Shown: positions 18,796 to 26,680 of the stretch, piece after piece
Layout of the letters: each line of letters opens with the position of its first letter
Position numbering within the stretch: the stretch's first letter is position 1
IMG/VR virus record: IMGVR_UViG_3300013137_000011
Span: 14,803 to 78,802 of that record
DNA length: 64,000 nucleotides
DNA from: a virus
Strand: one strand, 5' to 3'
Notes under the pieces: model-generated
Database searches by the model: none
What the model was told of the DNA's origin: nothing
What the model saw: the letters and a program-made list of their open reading frames with translations, nothing else
Translations under genes and position numbers: made by a program

Positions 18796-18946
18796 CAATT
18801 ATGTCTAAAGTAAATTGTAGTAATCATAATTATAGATTTAATTGTGAGAAATTTAATGAATGTTATCTAGATGAAATAGTAATTGGAATGACAAAATTTG
18901 ATGATATGGAGATATATGTTTGCGAATCTTCTGAAGTGGAGGAATA

Positions 18947-19444
18947 ATGCAAGGATTAGTAAGTATATTGATCGGATGTCATTCAGTAATACATTCGATA
19001 CTCGTTCTAAAATCTTGGATTATACTTTATAAAAAATGGCCTAAACCATGGCAAATAATATGTATATTTCTTCATGACATTGGACACATTGGACTTAATT
19101 ATTTAGATAATATAGAATCTAAAAATAAACATTGGATTCTTGGAGCGAATATAGCAAGTTATTTATTTGGTTTAGATGGATATTTATTAATCGCAGGACA
19201 TAATACACACTCTGGATATAGTATAAGTGAATTATATAAAGCAGATAAGTATTCTTGGTACATAGCACCTTATTGGTGGCTATATTGGAATAATATAGTT
19301 GAACCAAAATTAAAATGTGGAATGAAAAATAAAGAGGCTGTTATAGACTTTATGAATCAAGTAAATAAAAGTATTGAGTCAGGCGAATTTATAGAAACTC
19401 ATAAAATGTATACAGAAAGAAAAGAAAAACTTGAGAACAATTAA
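18947..19444 (+). CDS. HD-domain-like protein
   Basis: H...FLHDIGH...H...ADK. Confidence 0.6.
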   Translation: MQGLVSILIGCHSVIHSILVLKSWIILYKKWPKPWQIICIFLHDIGHIGLNYLDNIESKNKHWILGANIASYLFGLDGYLLIAGHNTHSGYSISELYKADKYSWYIAPYWWLYWNNIVEPKLKCGMKNKEAVIDFMNQVNKSIESGEFIETHKMYTERKEKLENN

Positions 19445-19628
19445 TTGTAAAGAATTATCTGTAATTTCTGGAAATAAACGAAAAAGAAAAAATACCAGAA
19501 ATTCTCCATGCGATAAAATTCCAATAACATGTCCCAAATGTGGAAAAATTAGATATTATAATTCTGGGAAGGTTCCATATCTAACAACAAAATTATGCAG
19601 GAAATGTTATCTTAGGAGTTTTAGATGA
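19431..19628 (+). CDS. small Zn-finger protein
   Basis: CPKCG...CRKC. Confidence 0.5.
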   Translation: MRTINCKELSVISGNKRKRKNTRNSPCDKIPITCPKCGKIRYYNSGKVPYLTTKLCRKCYLRSFR

Positions 19629-19888
19629 TTAATATCAATACTAATAAAATAAATAGACAAGTACTACAACATGTACAAAACTTATTAATATCTGCATCAT
19701 CTAATTTAAATATAACATCAAGAATGATAAATCCATTTAGCATAAGCACATCTAGTATATATTTACAATATCGTAGAATGTGCATATGGTGCAAATGTGT
19801 GCAGGATATAGAAAACAAAATATGTATTGATTGCGGAGTAATACTTGATTGTACAGAAAATGTATATGATATTAGGAGGATTATTTAG
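19625..19888 (+). CDS. small Zn-finger protein
   Basis: CIWC...CIDCG. Confidence 0.5.
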   Translation: MININTNKINRQVLQHVQNLLISASSNLNITSRMINPFSISTSSIYLQYRRMCIWCKCVQDIENKICIDCGVILDCTENVYDIRRII

Positions 19889-19890
19889 TT

Positions 19891-20319
19891 ATGGAAGAAT
19901 TATTTAAAAAAATTCCTACAGTAACAGAAGAAAAATGGAAAGAAGATTTCATTTTAACAGACATGCATCTACCAAAATTATCTCCAAATTGGGGAGATGT
20001 TAGCCCAGATAAGCATAGTGAATTATATGGATTAAAAATGTTTAAACATCAAATAAATGGACTAGGAGTATGTTTCTCTGTTTCTGTTCATGAAGATGGA
20101 AAAAGATGGATTCATGTTTCGGCATCAAAGAAAAGACAAATACCAACATATGATGAATTATGTTTCGTTAAAAAAGAATTTATAGGAGAAAATAGAAAAG
20201 CAATACAGATATTTGCTAAGTTAGATGAGCATATAAATATACATCCAAATTGTTTTCATTTGTGGTCATGTTTAGATAATGATGGATTACCAAATTTTGG
20301 AAAGGATGGTATGATATGA
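19891..20319 (+). CDS. conserved phage protein
   Basis: WIHVS...PTYDEL..VK..F...HINIHPNCFHLW, a pattern I recognise from uncharacterised phage proteins. Confidence 0.7.
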   Translation: MEELFKKIPTVTEEKWKEDFILTDMHLPKLSPNWGDVSPDKHSELYGLKMFKHQINGLGVCFSVSVHEDGKRWIHVSASKKRQIPTYDELCFVKKEFIGENRKAIQIFAKLDEHINIHPNCFHLWSCLDNDGLPNFGKDGMI

Positions 20320-20320
20320 A

Positions 20321-20617
20321 ATGTCATATATAAAAGGTCATATATTAACAGTTAGTAGAGAAATTGGACCATGTTATAACACATGTAAAATGGAAATAGT
20401 TCTATCTCAAAATTCTTTCAATCAGTTTAATATTATTAATGATATACTAAATAGTGGAGGATTAATATTTATATGTAAAGATCCAGAAAAAAGTAATATT
20501 ATTAAAACCAAACCAGAAACATTTAGATGTATTTCTTGTGGAGCATATTTAGAAAAATATGAGAATAAATGTCAATTTTGTGATACACAACATTCATGGA
20601 AAAGGAGAGAAAAATAA
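20321..20617 (+). CDS. protein with a C-terminal zinc ribbon
   Basis: CISCGA...CQFC. Confidence 0.6.
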   Translation: MSYIKGHILTVSREIGPCYNTCKMEIVLSQNSFNQFNIINDILNSGGLIFICKDPEKSNIIKTKPETFRCISCGAYLEKYENKCQFCDTQHSWKRREK

Positions 20618-20946
20618 TGTCTTTTTTCGAATGTAAAATAGAACGCATTATCGACACTACCCCAAATTTAACAGAGTTAAATCATTGTGCCATGGATTTT
20701 ACAGCATTAGTTCCAACACACATGGTCAAGGTAGAATTGACTATTTATGGAGTAAATTCTTTAGAAAGTATATTTAAATCAATCGAGAAAAGAGAAAACT
20801 TATTACTTCTAAAAAATAATGATCATATTGATTCAAGATCATGTTTCTATTGCTCTGATTGTGGGGCATTAATATCTAACAATGATACAACAATTGATAA
20901 GATGGAATATATTTGTAATTTCTGTGGAGCAAAATACGCTAGATAA
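20596..20946 (+). CDS. protein with a C-terminal zinc ribbon
   Basis: CSDCGA...CNFCGA; similar layout to the preceding gene. Confidence 0.6.
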   Translation: MEKERKIMSFFECKIERIIDTTPNLTELNHCAMDFTALVPTHMVKVELTIYGVNSLESIFKSIEKRENLLLLKNNDHIDSRSCFYCSDCGALISNNDTTIDKMEYICNFCGAKYAR

Positions 20947-20958
20947 AAAGGAGTAGAA

Positions 20959-21996
20959 ATGAAAAACGTACTATTAGCGGGAGCCTATGGTTATAACAAT
21001 TTTGGCGATGATCTTGTAAGAGATATGATACTCAAATCACTAGACTCTTCAGGTATAAATATTAAATGGATGTCTCCTGGTATGAAAAATCCATTTGGAA
21101 ATGAAAAAATAGATTTCTCTATTTTAGGCGGCGGAGGAACACTATATGATGATCCAATCGAGAACCTAAATAATTATATAGAACTACTAAATCTTGGAGA
21201 GAAAAAAATTATTTTCAACATAGGAATACAGGGTATTATAACAATGAAAGGATTTGAACTATTCAAAAAGATGCTCGATTCTACATGTTTTATAAGTGTT
21301 AGAGATACAACATCTAAAAATATAGTTGAATCTTCTGGAAAACAATGCGAATTGGGATCGGATCCAGGATTTATATTTGAACATTTTGAAAATAAAAATA
21401 CTGAGTCAATAGGTAAAACTGTTGGATTAATATTACATGGATATGAAAATAGTGAAAACGATTCAATGATAAATAGAATTAAAGATTCTGTAAAAGAAAA
21501 ATATATTAATGAAATGATAAATTGTGTAAAAGAACTTCAGAATATTGGATATAACATTACACTATTTGTAATGTCAAACGATGATCTTAAATTAGAACAT
21601 TATATTCAATATAAATGCAATTTATCATGTAAATCAATAATATATGATGGTATGAACAGAGAAGAAGTTTCAACAGAACTTAAAAAATGTGAATATATAG
21701 TTACAGGAAGATATCATGGAGCAATAATGGCTATGATATATGATATTCCATTTGTTATGATAGGAAAATATTATTGTCTGAATTTCATTACTACAAAACA
21801 CCAAAGGCTACAATCTGAAATAGGAGTTAATTCATTATTAATTGATGTTTCAGATGTAAATATAAATCAAATTGCATTACGACTTAAAATAAATTCTATA
21901 GATAAAGTAATGAATTCAATCAGAGAATATAAAGATTTTCAACAAAAACTTTATATGGATTCTTATCTTAAACTAAAGAAGATTATTTTGGAATAA
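20959..21996 (+). CDS. polysaccharide pyruvyl transferase family (CsaB/WcaK-like)
   Basis: GAYGYNNFGDD, GGGG, ISVRD..S, DP, RYHGAI. Confidence 0.88.
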   Translation: MKNVLLAGAYGYNNFGDDLVRDMILKSLDSSGINIKWMSPGMKNPFGNEKIDFSILGGGGTLYDDPIENLNNYIELLNLGEKKIIFNIGIQGIITMKGFELFKKMLDSTCFISVRDTTSKNIVESSGKQCELGSDPGFIFEHFENKNTESIGKTVGLILHGYENSENDSMINRIKDSVKEKYINEMINCVKELQNIGYNITLFVMSNDDLKLEHYIQYKCNLSCKSIIYDGMNREEVSTELKKCEYIVTGRYHGAIMAMIYDIPFVMIGKYYCLNFITTKHQRLQSEIGVNSLLIDVSDVNINQIALRLKINSIDKVMNSIREYKDFQQKLYMDSYLKLKKIILE

Positions 21997-21999
21997 CAA

Positions 22000-22193
22000 T
22001 AGAAATAGCAAAACACTCAAAAGAAGTTTCCTAATAAACAAGAAAAATTCAATTTGAGTGTTTTACGACCAATGTTTATCAACAATTTCATGTATCCCTA
22101 GACTTAGGGAATCTGTAGCAATTTTGTTGATAAGGTTTTGGAACCTTCTCGAAGGAGGGAGGCTGGAGGTCTTGTCCGGTCTTTCTCTTCGGT
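22000..22193 (-). ncRNA. putative ~190-nt small RNA with anti-SD (CCUCC) tracts
   Basis: Own promoter, three hairpins, no RBS-led ORF. Confidence 0.5.
22010..22064. terminator. inverted repeat between convergent transcripts (possible bidirectional terminator)
   Basis: aaaacactcaaa / tttgagtgtttt. Confidence 0.5.
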
Positions 22194-22199
22194 AAAGCC

Positions 22200-22228
22200 A
22201 TTATAACAGGAAGGTAAAAGAAAGTCAA
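22200..22228 (-). promoter_or_regulatory. sigma70-type promoter TTGACT-17-TATAAT with extended -10
   Basis: Minus strand reads TTGACT ttcttttaccttcctgt TATAAT. Confidence 0.75.
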
Positions 22229-22265
22229 GAGGTTCAGGGACATTTGATTATCTCCTGAACCTCTT
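22227..22265 (-). terminator. late-operon end hairpin with GAGATAA-TCAAA loop
   Basis: 12-bp stem aagaggttcagg/cctgaacctctt; T-rich on both sides. Confidence 0.7.
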
Positions 22266-22287
22266 TTGTTTTGCTCCCAGGTTTATA

Positions 22288-22458
22288 TTATTTACTAAGT
22301 ACCCCTGATATTACATTTACTGCTATATCTATAGATTTGATCAGTTTTACTGAACATTCTTCATACGCACCATTTGGAGATTTTATCATCTGATCTGTAA
22401 CTTCTATGGCCTTATCTACGGCGATATGTGCCATAGCAATCTTGTCTCTTTTCTTCAT
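22288..22458 (-). CDS. 56-aa hypothetical protein after the holin (not in the ORF track)
   Basis: GGAGG RBS; MKKRDKIAMAHIAVDKA...GVLSK. Confidence 0.6.
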   Translation of the reverse strand: MKKRDKIAMAHIAVDKAIEVTDQMIKSPNGAYEECSVKLIKSIDIAVNVISGVLSK

Positions 22459-22473
22459 TGGCAAAAATCCTCC

Positions 22474-22770
22474 TTAATCGGGATCTAAGATGTCTTTACA
22501 TTTACTTATCACACCGACAAGTTTATCTGTTAGTTCATTATGTTTCTCCATTAATCTACATTGACATTCCATGGTTGCCTGAGTTTTTGTTGATGCTTCT
22601 GCTTGTTTTTCTGCCAACAAAATAACTCTATCTGTTAATTGATCCCTTCTAAGAATCATTCTGAACACTAGGATTACTAGGATTAGTACAACAAATGCAA
22701 GAACTCCTGGTACTCCATTATTCAAGAAATTTTCTATCGCTTCTTTTGTTACTGTTATGAATCCTAACAA
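22474..22770 (-). CDS. holin-like membrane protein (BhlA-like)
   Basis: One TM helix followed by a coiled coil; end of the late operon. Confidence 0.6.
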   Translation of the reverse strand: MLGFITVTKEAIENFLNNGVPGVLAFVVLILVILVFRMILRRDQLTDRVILLAEKQAEASTKTQATMECQCRLMEKHNELTDKLVGVISKCKDILDPD

Positions 22771-22801
22771 TCCGATATCCCCACCTTTCTGTATATTTTA
22801 T

Positions 22802-24148
22802 TTACGAGTGGGTTGCCCAACCAATACCAAGTGCCGTGGATCCGCTAACGATCAAGAACTGGCCCTCAGATCCAGGATCGAGGATACCAGGAACTCCAGA
22901 GGCAGAGAATCCAATAATACAGCCCTTTGCGGTTCCAATAGACTTTGCGATAAGAGTAGTAAGATCCTGATCTCCGGTGTTAACGCCAGAGGTAGAAACC
23001 AATCCATTGAGAGCAGTATCAATCTGTGCATGAGTGTTGGTGCCAATATCAGTAAGTGAGGTATGAGATTTGGTAGTGATATCTGCAATATCACTAGTTC
23101 CCTTGTCTACATCTGCCCAAATAGGGCGAGTCTTACCGAAAGTTCCAGCAACAGCATCATAGGAACTGAAGAACTGATTGCTAGTACTAGAAGTGCTTAT
23201 CGGAGTAACCTGATCTCCAGTATTAGTACCAGAAGTCGATACCAATCTCGTAAGAGCAGTATCAATCTGTGCGTGAGTATTAGTACCAATATCAGTAATT
23301 CCAGTATGCGAAGGTTGCGCTTTACCAAAAGTACCAGCAACAGCATCGTAGGAACTAAAAAATTGATTGGAAGTAGATGACGTACTTACAGGAGTTACCT
23401 GATCACCAGTATTGGTACCTGAAGTAGAAATTAATCTAGTCAAAGCAGTATCAATCTGTGCATGGGTATTAGTACCGATATCAGTTAATGCTGTGTGTGA
23501 TTTGGTAGTAATATCTGCGATACTACTAGTTGCCTTATCAACATTAGCCCAAGTTGGTCTAGCTTTGGTAAATGCACCAGTAACTGCATTATACTCAGTA
23601 AAGAACTGATTAGAAGTTGCAGAAGTACTTACAGGAACAACCTGATCTCCAGTATTAGTACCAGAAGTATTACTAACGACGGTTCTTTGTGCATCTGTAA
23701 TATATCTTCTATTAGTAGAATCAGGAATATCTGCAGTAGTGACATCCTCATCTAACTCATGAGTAATAAGAATGGTTCCAGAATCATTCTTAACTCCATC
23801 TAGATCCCAAGTATAATTAGGACGAAGAGTTACGTCATAAAGAACTCTCGTTCCACCAGCATCAACGATCTTAACATAGAATCTAACATTAGCAGTATCA
23901 CGATTTTCGATAAGAATGTTTTTAACTACAATCGTAATTTTTGCATTAGTAGGGGCAGGTACAATAGTAACAGGAGTAGCTCCTGCCAACTGATACGTTT
24001 TGCTCTTCTCCTCTCTAAGCGCAGTAGACTCAACCTTACCAGATTTTTCTTCATACACAACAGTACAATCTGGCTGAGTAGTAGCTGGAGCCCCAGACAT
24101 CACTACCTGGATATATTCAGTAGTCTTTTCAAGTGCAATTTCTCTCAT
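22802..24148 (-). CDS. tail-fibre-like protein with internal repeats
   Basis: TSG[TV]NTGDQ x4; TDIGTNTHAQIDTAL x3; Ser/Thr rich. Confidence 0.7.
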   Translation of the reverse strand: MREIALEKTTEYIQVVMSGAPATTQPDCTVVYEEKSGKVESTALREEKSKTYQLAGATPVTIVPAPTNAKITIVVKNILIENRDTANVRFYVKIVDAGGTRVLYDVTLRPNYTWDLDGVKNDSGTILITHELDEDVTTADIPDSTNRRYITDAQRTVVSNTSGTNTGDQVVPVSTSATSNQFFTEYNAVTGAFTKARPTWANVDKATSSIADITTKSHTALTDIGTNTHAQIDTALTRLISTSGTNTGDQVTPVSTSSTSNQFFSSYDAVAGTFGKAQPSHTGITDIGTNTHAQIDTALTRLVSTSGTNTGDQVTPISTSSTSNQFFSSYDAVAGTFGKTRPIWADVDKGTSDIADITTKSHTSLTDIGTNTHAQIDTALNGLVSTSGVNTGDQDLTTLIAKSIGTAKGCIIGFSASGVPGILDPGSEGQFLIVSGSTALGIGWATHS

Positions 24149-24160
24149 TTCAATCCTCCT

Positions 24161-24256
24161 TTATCGTACTTCGAGTTGTTTCATAAATGGCTTCGCCGGA
24201 CAATTAAGTTTAGTAGAAGCCTTTTTCTTTTTACTAGAAGATTTTTTTCCTGCCAT
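24161..24256 (-). CDS. 31-aa Lys/Ser-rich peptide (not in the ORF track)
   Basis: Perfect AAGGAGGTGA RBS; MAGKKSSSKKKKASTKLNCPAKPFMKQLEVR. Confidence 0.6.
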   Translation of the reverse strand: MAGKKSSSKKKKASTKLNCPAKPFMKQLEVR

Positions 24257-24314
24257 TCATCTCACCTCCTTTGCTATTTATTAACCCTGCCACTATATTA
24301 TTTACAACCTAAAA

Positions 24315-25103
24315 CTATCTTCTCTCATCTATTAAATCAGAACTAGGATCTGGTTTAACTGATTTTATAACATAACAAAATGCATACTTAGGACCAACTA
24401 ATCCTCCTAATGTCCTGAGAAGATTTATAACTTCCTCATCATTATCAGTAAGATGTCTAGCACCATCTAATCCAGGAACACCCCAATAAGGCATAAGATG
24501 AATTCCTTTAGCCGAATCTATATAAAAACCTGTATTAAATAACATCTCTTTAGTCTCATCATAGGTTAATTCTTTGGTATGATCTTGGCAACATTTAAAA
24601 TCTCTATATCCAAGAGCCCTATTCATAATAAGATGAAGACTATTTCTATTTGGAGAAGTCAAAAGAAATATCCCATTAGGTTTAAGAACTCTAAATGCTT
24701 CAGATATCATTTTTTCTGGATTCCCAACATGTTCTAATACTTCTTTAGCAACAACTATATCAAATGTATTATCTAGAAAAATTAGATTACAAGCATCCAT
24801 TTGCATAAACTCTGCTTCAGGATATTTTTTTTCAAACTTATTCCTAGCAATTGACATAGCAACTTCAGAAATATCAGTACAAACAATACTTTTACATCCT
24901 TTATATGAATGAAGAGATCCACATCCATCACCAGATCCAAGATCAAGTATGTGTTTTCCTTCAAATGGAACGCACATTTTTCTTGCTGTAGAATCAATAT
25001 CTATTCCACGAACTCTATCCCATAAAAATTCTTGATTGTATGGTTTACCATTAGAGTATAAATCATTCATCATATCCCTACTATTACGTTCCATTATAAC
25101 CAT
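24315..25103 (-). CDS. class I SAM-dependent methyltransferase (Methyltransf_11-like)
   Basis: ILDLGSGDG, FDIVV..EVLEHV, RVLKPNG. Confidence 0.9.
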   Translation of the reverse strand: MVIMERNSRDMMNDLYSNGKPYNQEFLWDRVRGIDIDSTARKMCVPFEGKHILDLGSGDGCGSLHSYKGCKSIVCTDISEVAMSIARNKFEKKYPEAEFMQMDACNLIFLDNTFDIVVAKEVLEHVGNPEKMISEAFRVLKPNGIFLLTSPNRNSLHLIMNRALGYRDFKCCQDHTKELTYDETKEMLFNTGFYIDSAKGIHLMPYWGVPGLDGARHLTDNDEEVINLLRTLGGLVGPKYAFCYVIKSVKPDPSSDLIDERR

Positions 25104-25795
25104 CCCTCCTCTGTAATAAGATAATTTTTCATAGCATCATTATTAAACGGAATAACAAATTTCTCTTGCCCTGGTGTACCTCCCCACTTTTTAATATAAT
25201 ATCTTTGAAATATATCTGCAAAGATATTCATATTAAGAGTATTTCTCATTGGATCGGATGCAATAGTTTGGCTTCCTTCATGGTGAATTGGAAGTTTTTC
25301 TGTATATATTGCATGATATCCAGCAAGTTTGGCTCTATATATCTGATCGTTATCAGAGAAGTAGTTTGGGAGGTTTGGATCTACAAGTCCAATCTTTTTT
25401 ATAGCACTAATACGCCATGCTATTACATACCATCTATCTGAATAGATCCACCAATTAGGATCCTCAAATGCTTTTTCTACACGTTCCATAAATTTCTTTA
25501 AAACATCGTCGCCAAGAAAGAATATATCAGAGTGTGTCCAAAACATAACATCATCTTCATTGTCAATACACTCTTTATAATACAGATTAAAGTTATCTGT
25601 AGATGATATATGCACTTTTGGTCTAATAATCTTTGGATTGAATCCAAATATTTTTTCTGGTTCTTTAAGATCAAAATTATCAGACACATCTGTTATAACC
25701 AGTTTGTCATAAACCTCATGAACATTATAACTCTTAACTGCTTTTATAAGTAAATCTAATCTACTTTTGTGCATTATTTTGAATGACCATTTCAT
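25094..25795 (-). CDS. glycosyltransferase, GT2-like (GT-A fold)
   Basis: HSD, IGLVDPNL..YFSDND...R...G, IHHEGSQT, YIKKWG. Confidence 0.8.
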   Translation of the reverse strand: MKWSFKIMHKSRLDLLIKAVKSYNVHEVYDKLVITDVSDNFDLKEPEKIFGFNPKIIRPKVHISSTDNFNLYYKECIDNEDDVMFWTHSDIFFLGDDVLKKFMERVEKAFEDPNWWIYSDRWYVIAWRISAIKKIGLVDPNLPNYFSDNDQIYRAKLAGYHAIYTEKLPIHHEGSQTIASDPMRNTLNMNIFADIFQRYYIKKWGGTPGQEKFVIPFNNDAMKNYLITEEGWL

Positions 25796-25801
25796 AATTA
25801 A

Positions 25802-26680
25802 TTACCTCCAAGACCTATTAGTAAACATTGATGGAAGATTTCCATAAAAAGTAGCAGTACCACTATCAACACTATGAACTGCATTTGTATAATGATATCC
25901 AATTGTAGGAAGCCAAAATAGTTGTGATGTTAGTGCTATAACATAACTATTTCCACAATCCTCCTGGGTTCCATCTGGCCCATCTGCCCTATCAACTCCG
26001 ATACTCCATCTAGTTGGACCAGGATTACCCCCTGTTGTTTGAACAAAAGCAGTACAATCATGTGTATTTTCAGTAATTCCTACTACAAACTCATGTTTCC
26101 AATTAGCATTACCACCATTTGCTGCTGCTGGAGTCGAAGAATTATATGTCCATGATGCAGTAGTATCTTGTTGAGATGATATAACTAATATTTTATTATA
26201 GTAATTATGCACAAATCTTTTCGCATTAGTGTTTTGAAATTTACTTGCAGCATCAACATGAACAGTACCAATATATCTTCTGGTTGTTGCTCCAGATTTA
26301 GATAGTACTCCATCCTGATAAACTAATGCTGTTGCTCTTGTAGCAGTACTAGCCCATGCAAGTTTTTCTAACGTAGGAGTTCCATTATCATCATAACAAA
26401 ATATATCATGAGGTGTATTAGCAGTAAATCCAGAATTAGATATTGACAGTTCGGTAAAATGCCTAAGATGCCAAAAAGTTCCATCATATAAAGATATAAA
26501 ATCTCCTATATATGGTGTAAAATATAGAGAAGTTTTGTCTGATTCATCGGCAGATGTAACAACAGGAGAACCACTAGTTAGTGTCAATCTTCCATTAACA
26601 GTACTATTAGTGACAATAGAAAGGACTTCTTCTTCAGTAGCCATCTCTGGATTAAGAGATTGTTTTCCAGGTTTTCCCAT
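25802..26680 (-). CDS. tail fibre / receptor-binding-like structural protein
   Basis: GRLTLTSGSPV...LYFTPYIG and RRYIGT motifs of phage tail proteins. Confidence 0.6.
   Translation of the reverse strand: MGKPGKQSLNPEMATEEEVLSIVTNSTVNGRLTLTSGSPVVTSADESDKTSLYFTPYIGDFISLYDGTFWHLRHFTELSISNSGFTANTPHDIFCYDDNGTPTLEKLAWASTATRATALVYQDGVLSKSGATTRRYIGTVHVDAASKFQNTNAKRFVHNYYNKILVISSQQDTTASWTYNSSTPAAANGGNANWKHEFVVGITENTHDCTAFVQTTGGNPGPTRWSIGVDRADGPDGTQEDCGNSYVIALTSQLFWLPTIGYHYTNAVHSVDSGTATFYGNLPSMFTNRSWR

Noticed and set aside
22960-23680. Near-duplicated DNA blocks suggesting a DGR template/variable pair
   Set aside because: They are in-frame fibre repeats with mostly synonymous differences; no adenine-specific pattern was evident and there is no reverse transcriptase in the window.
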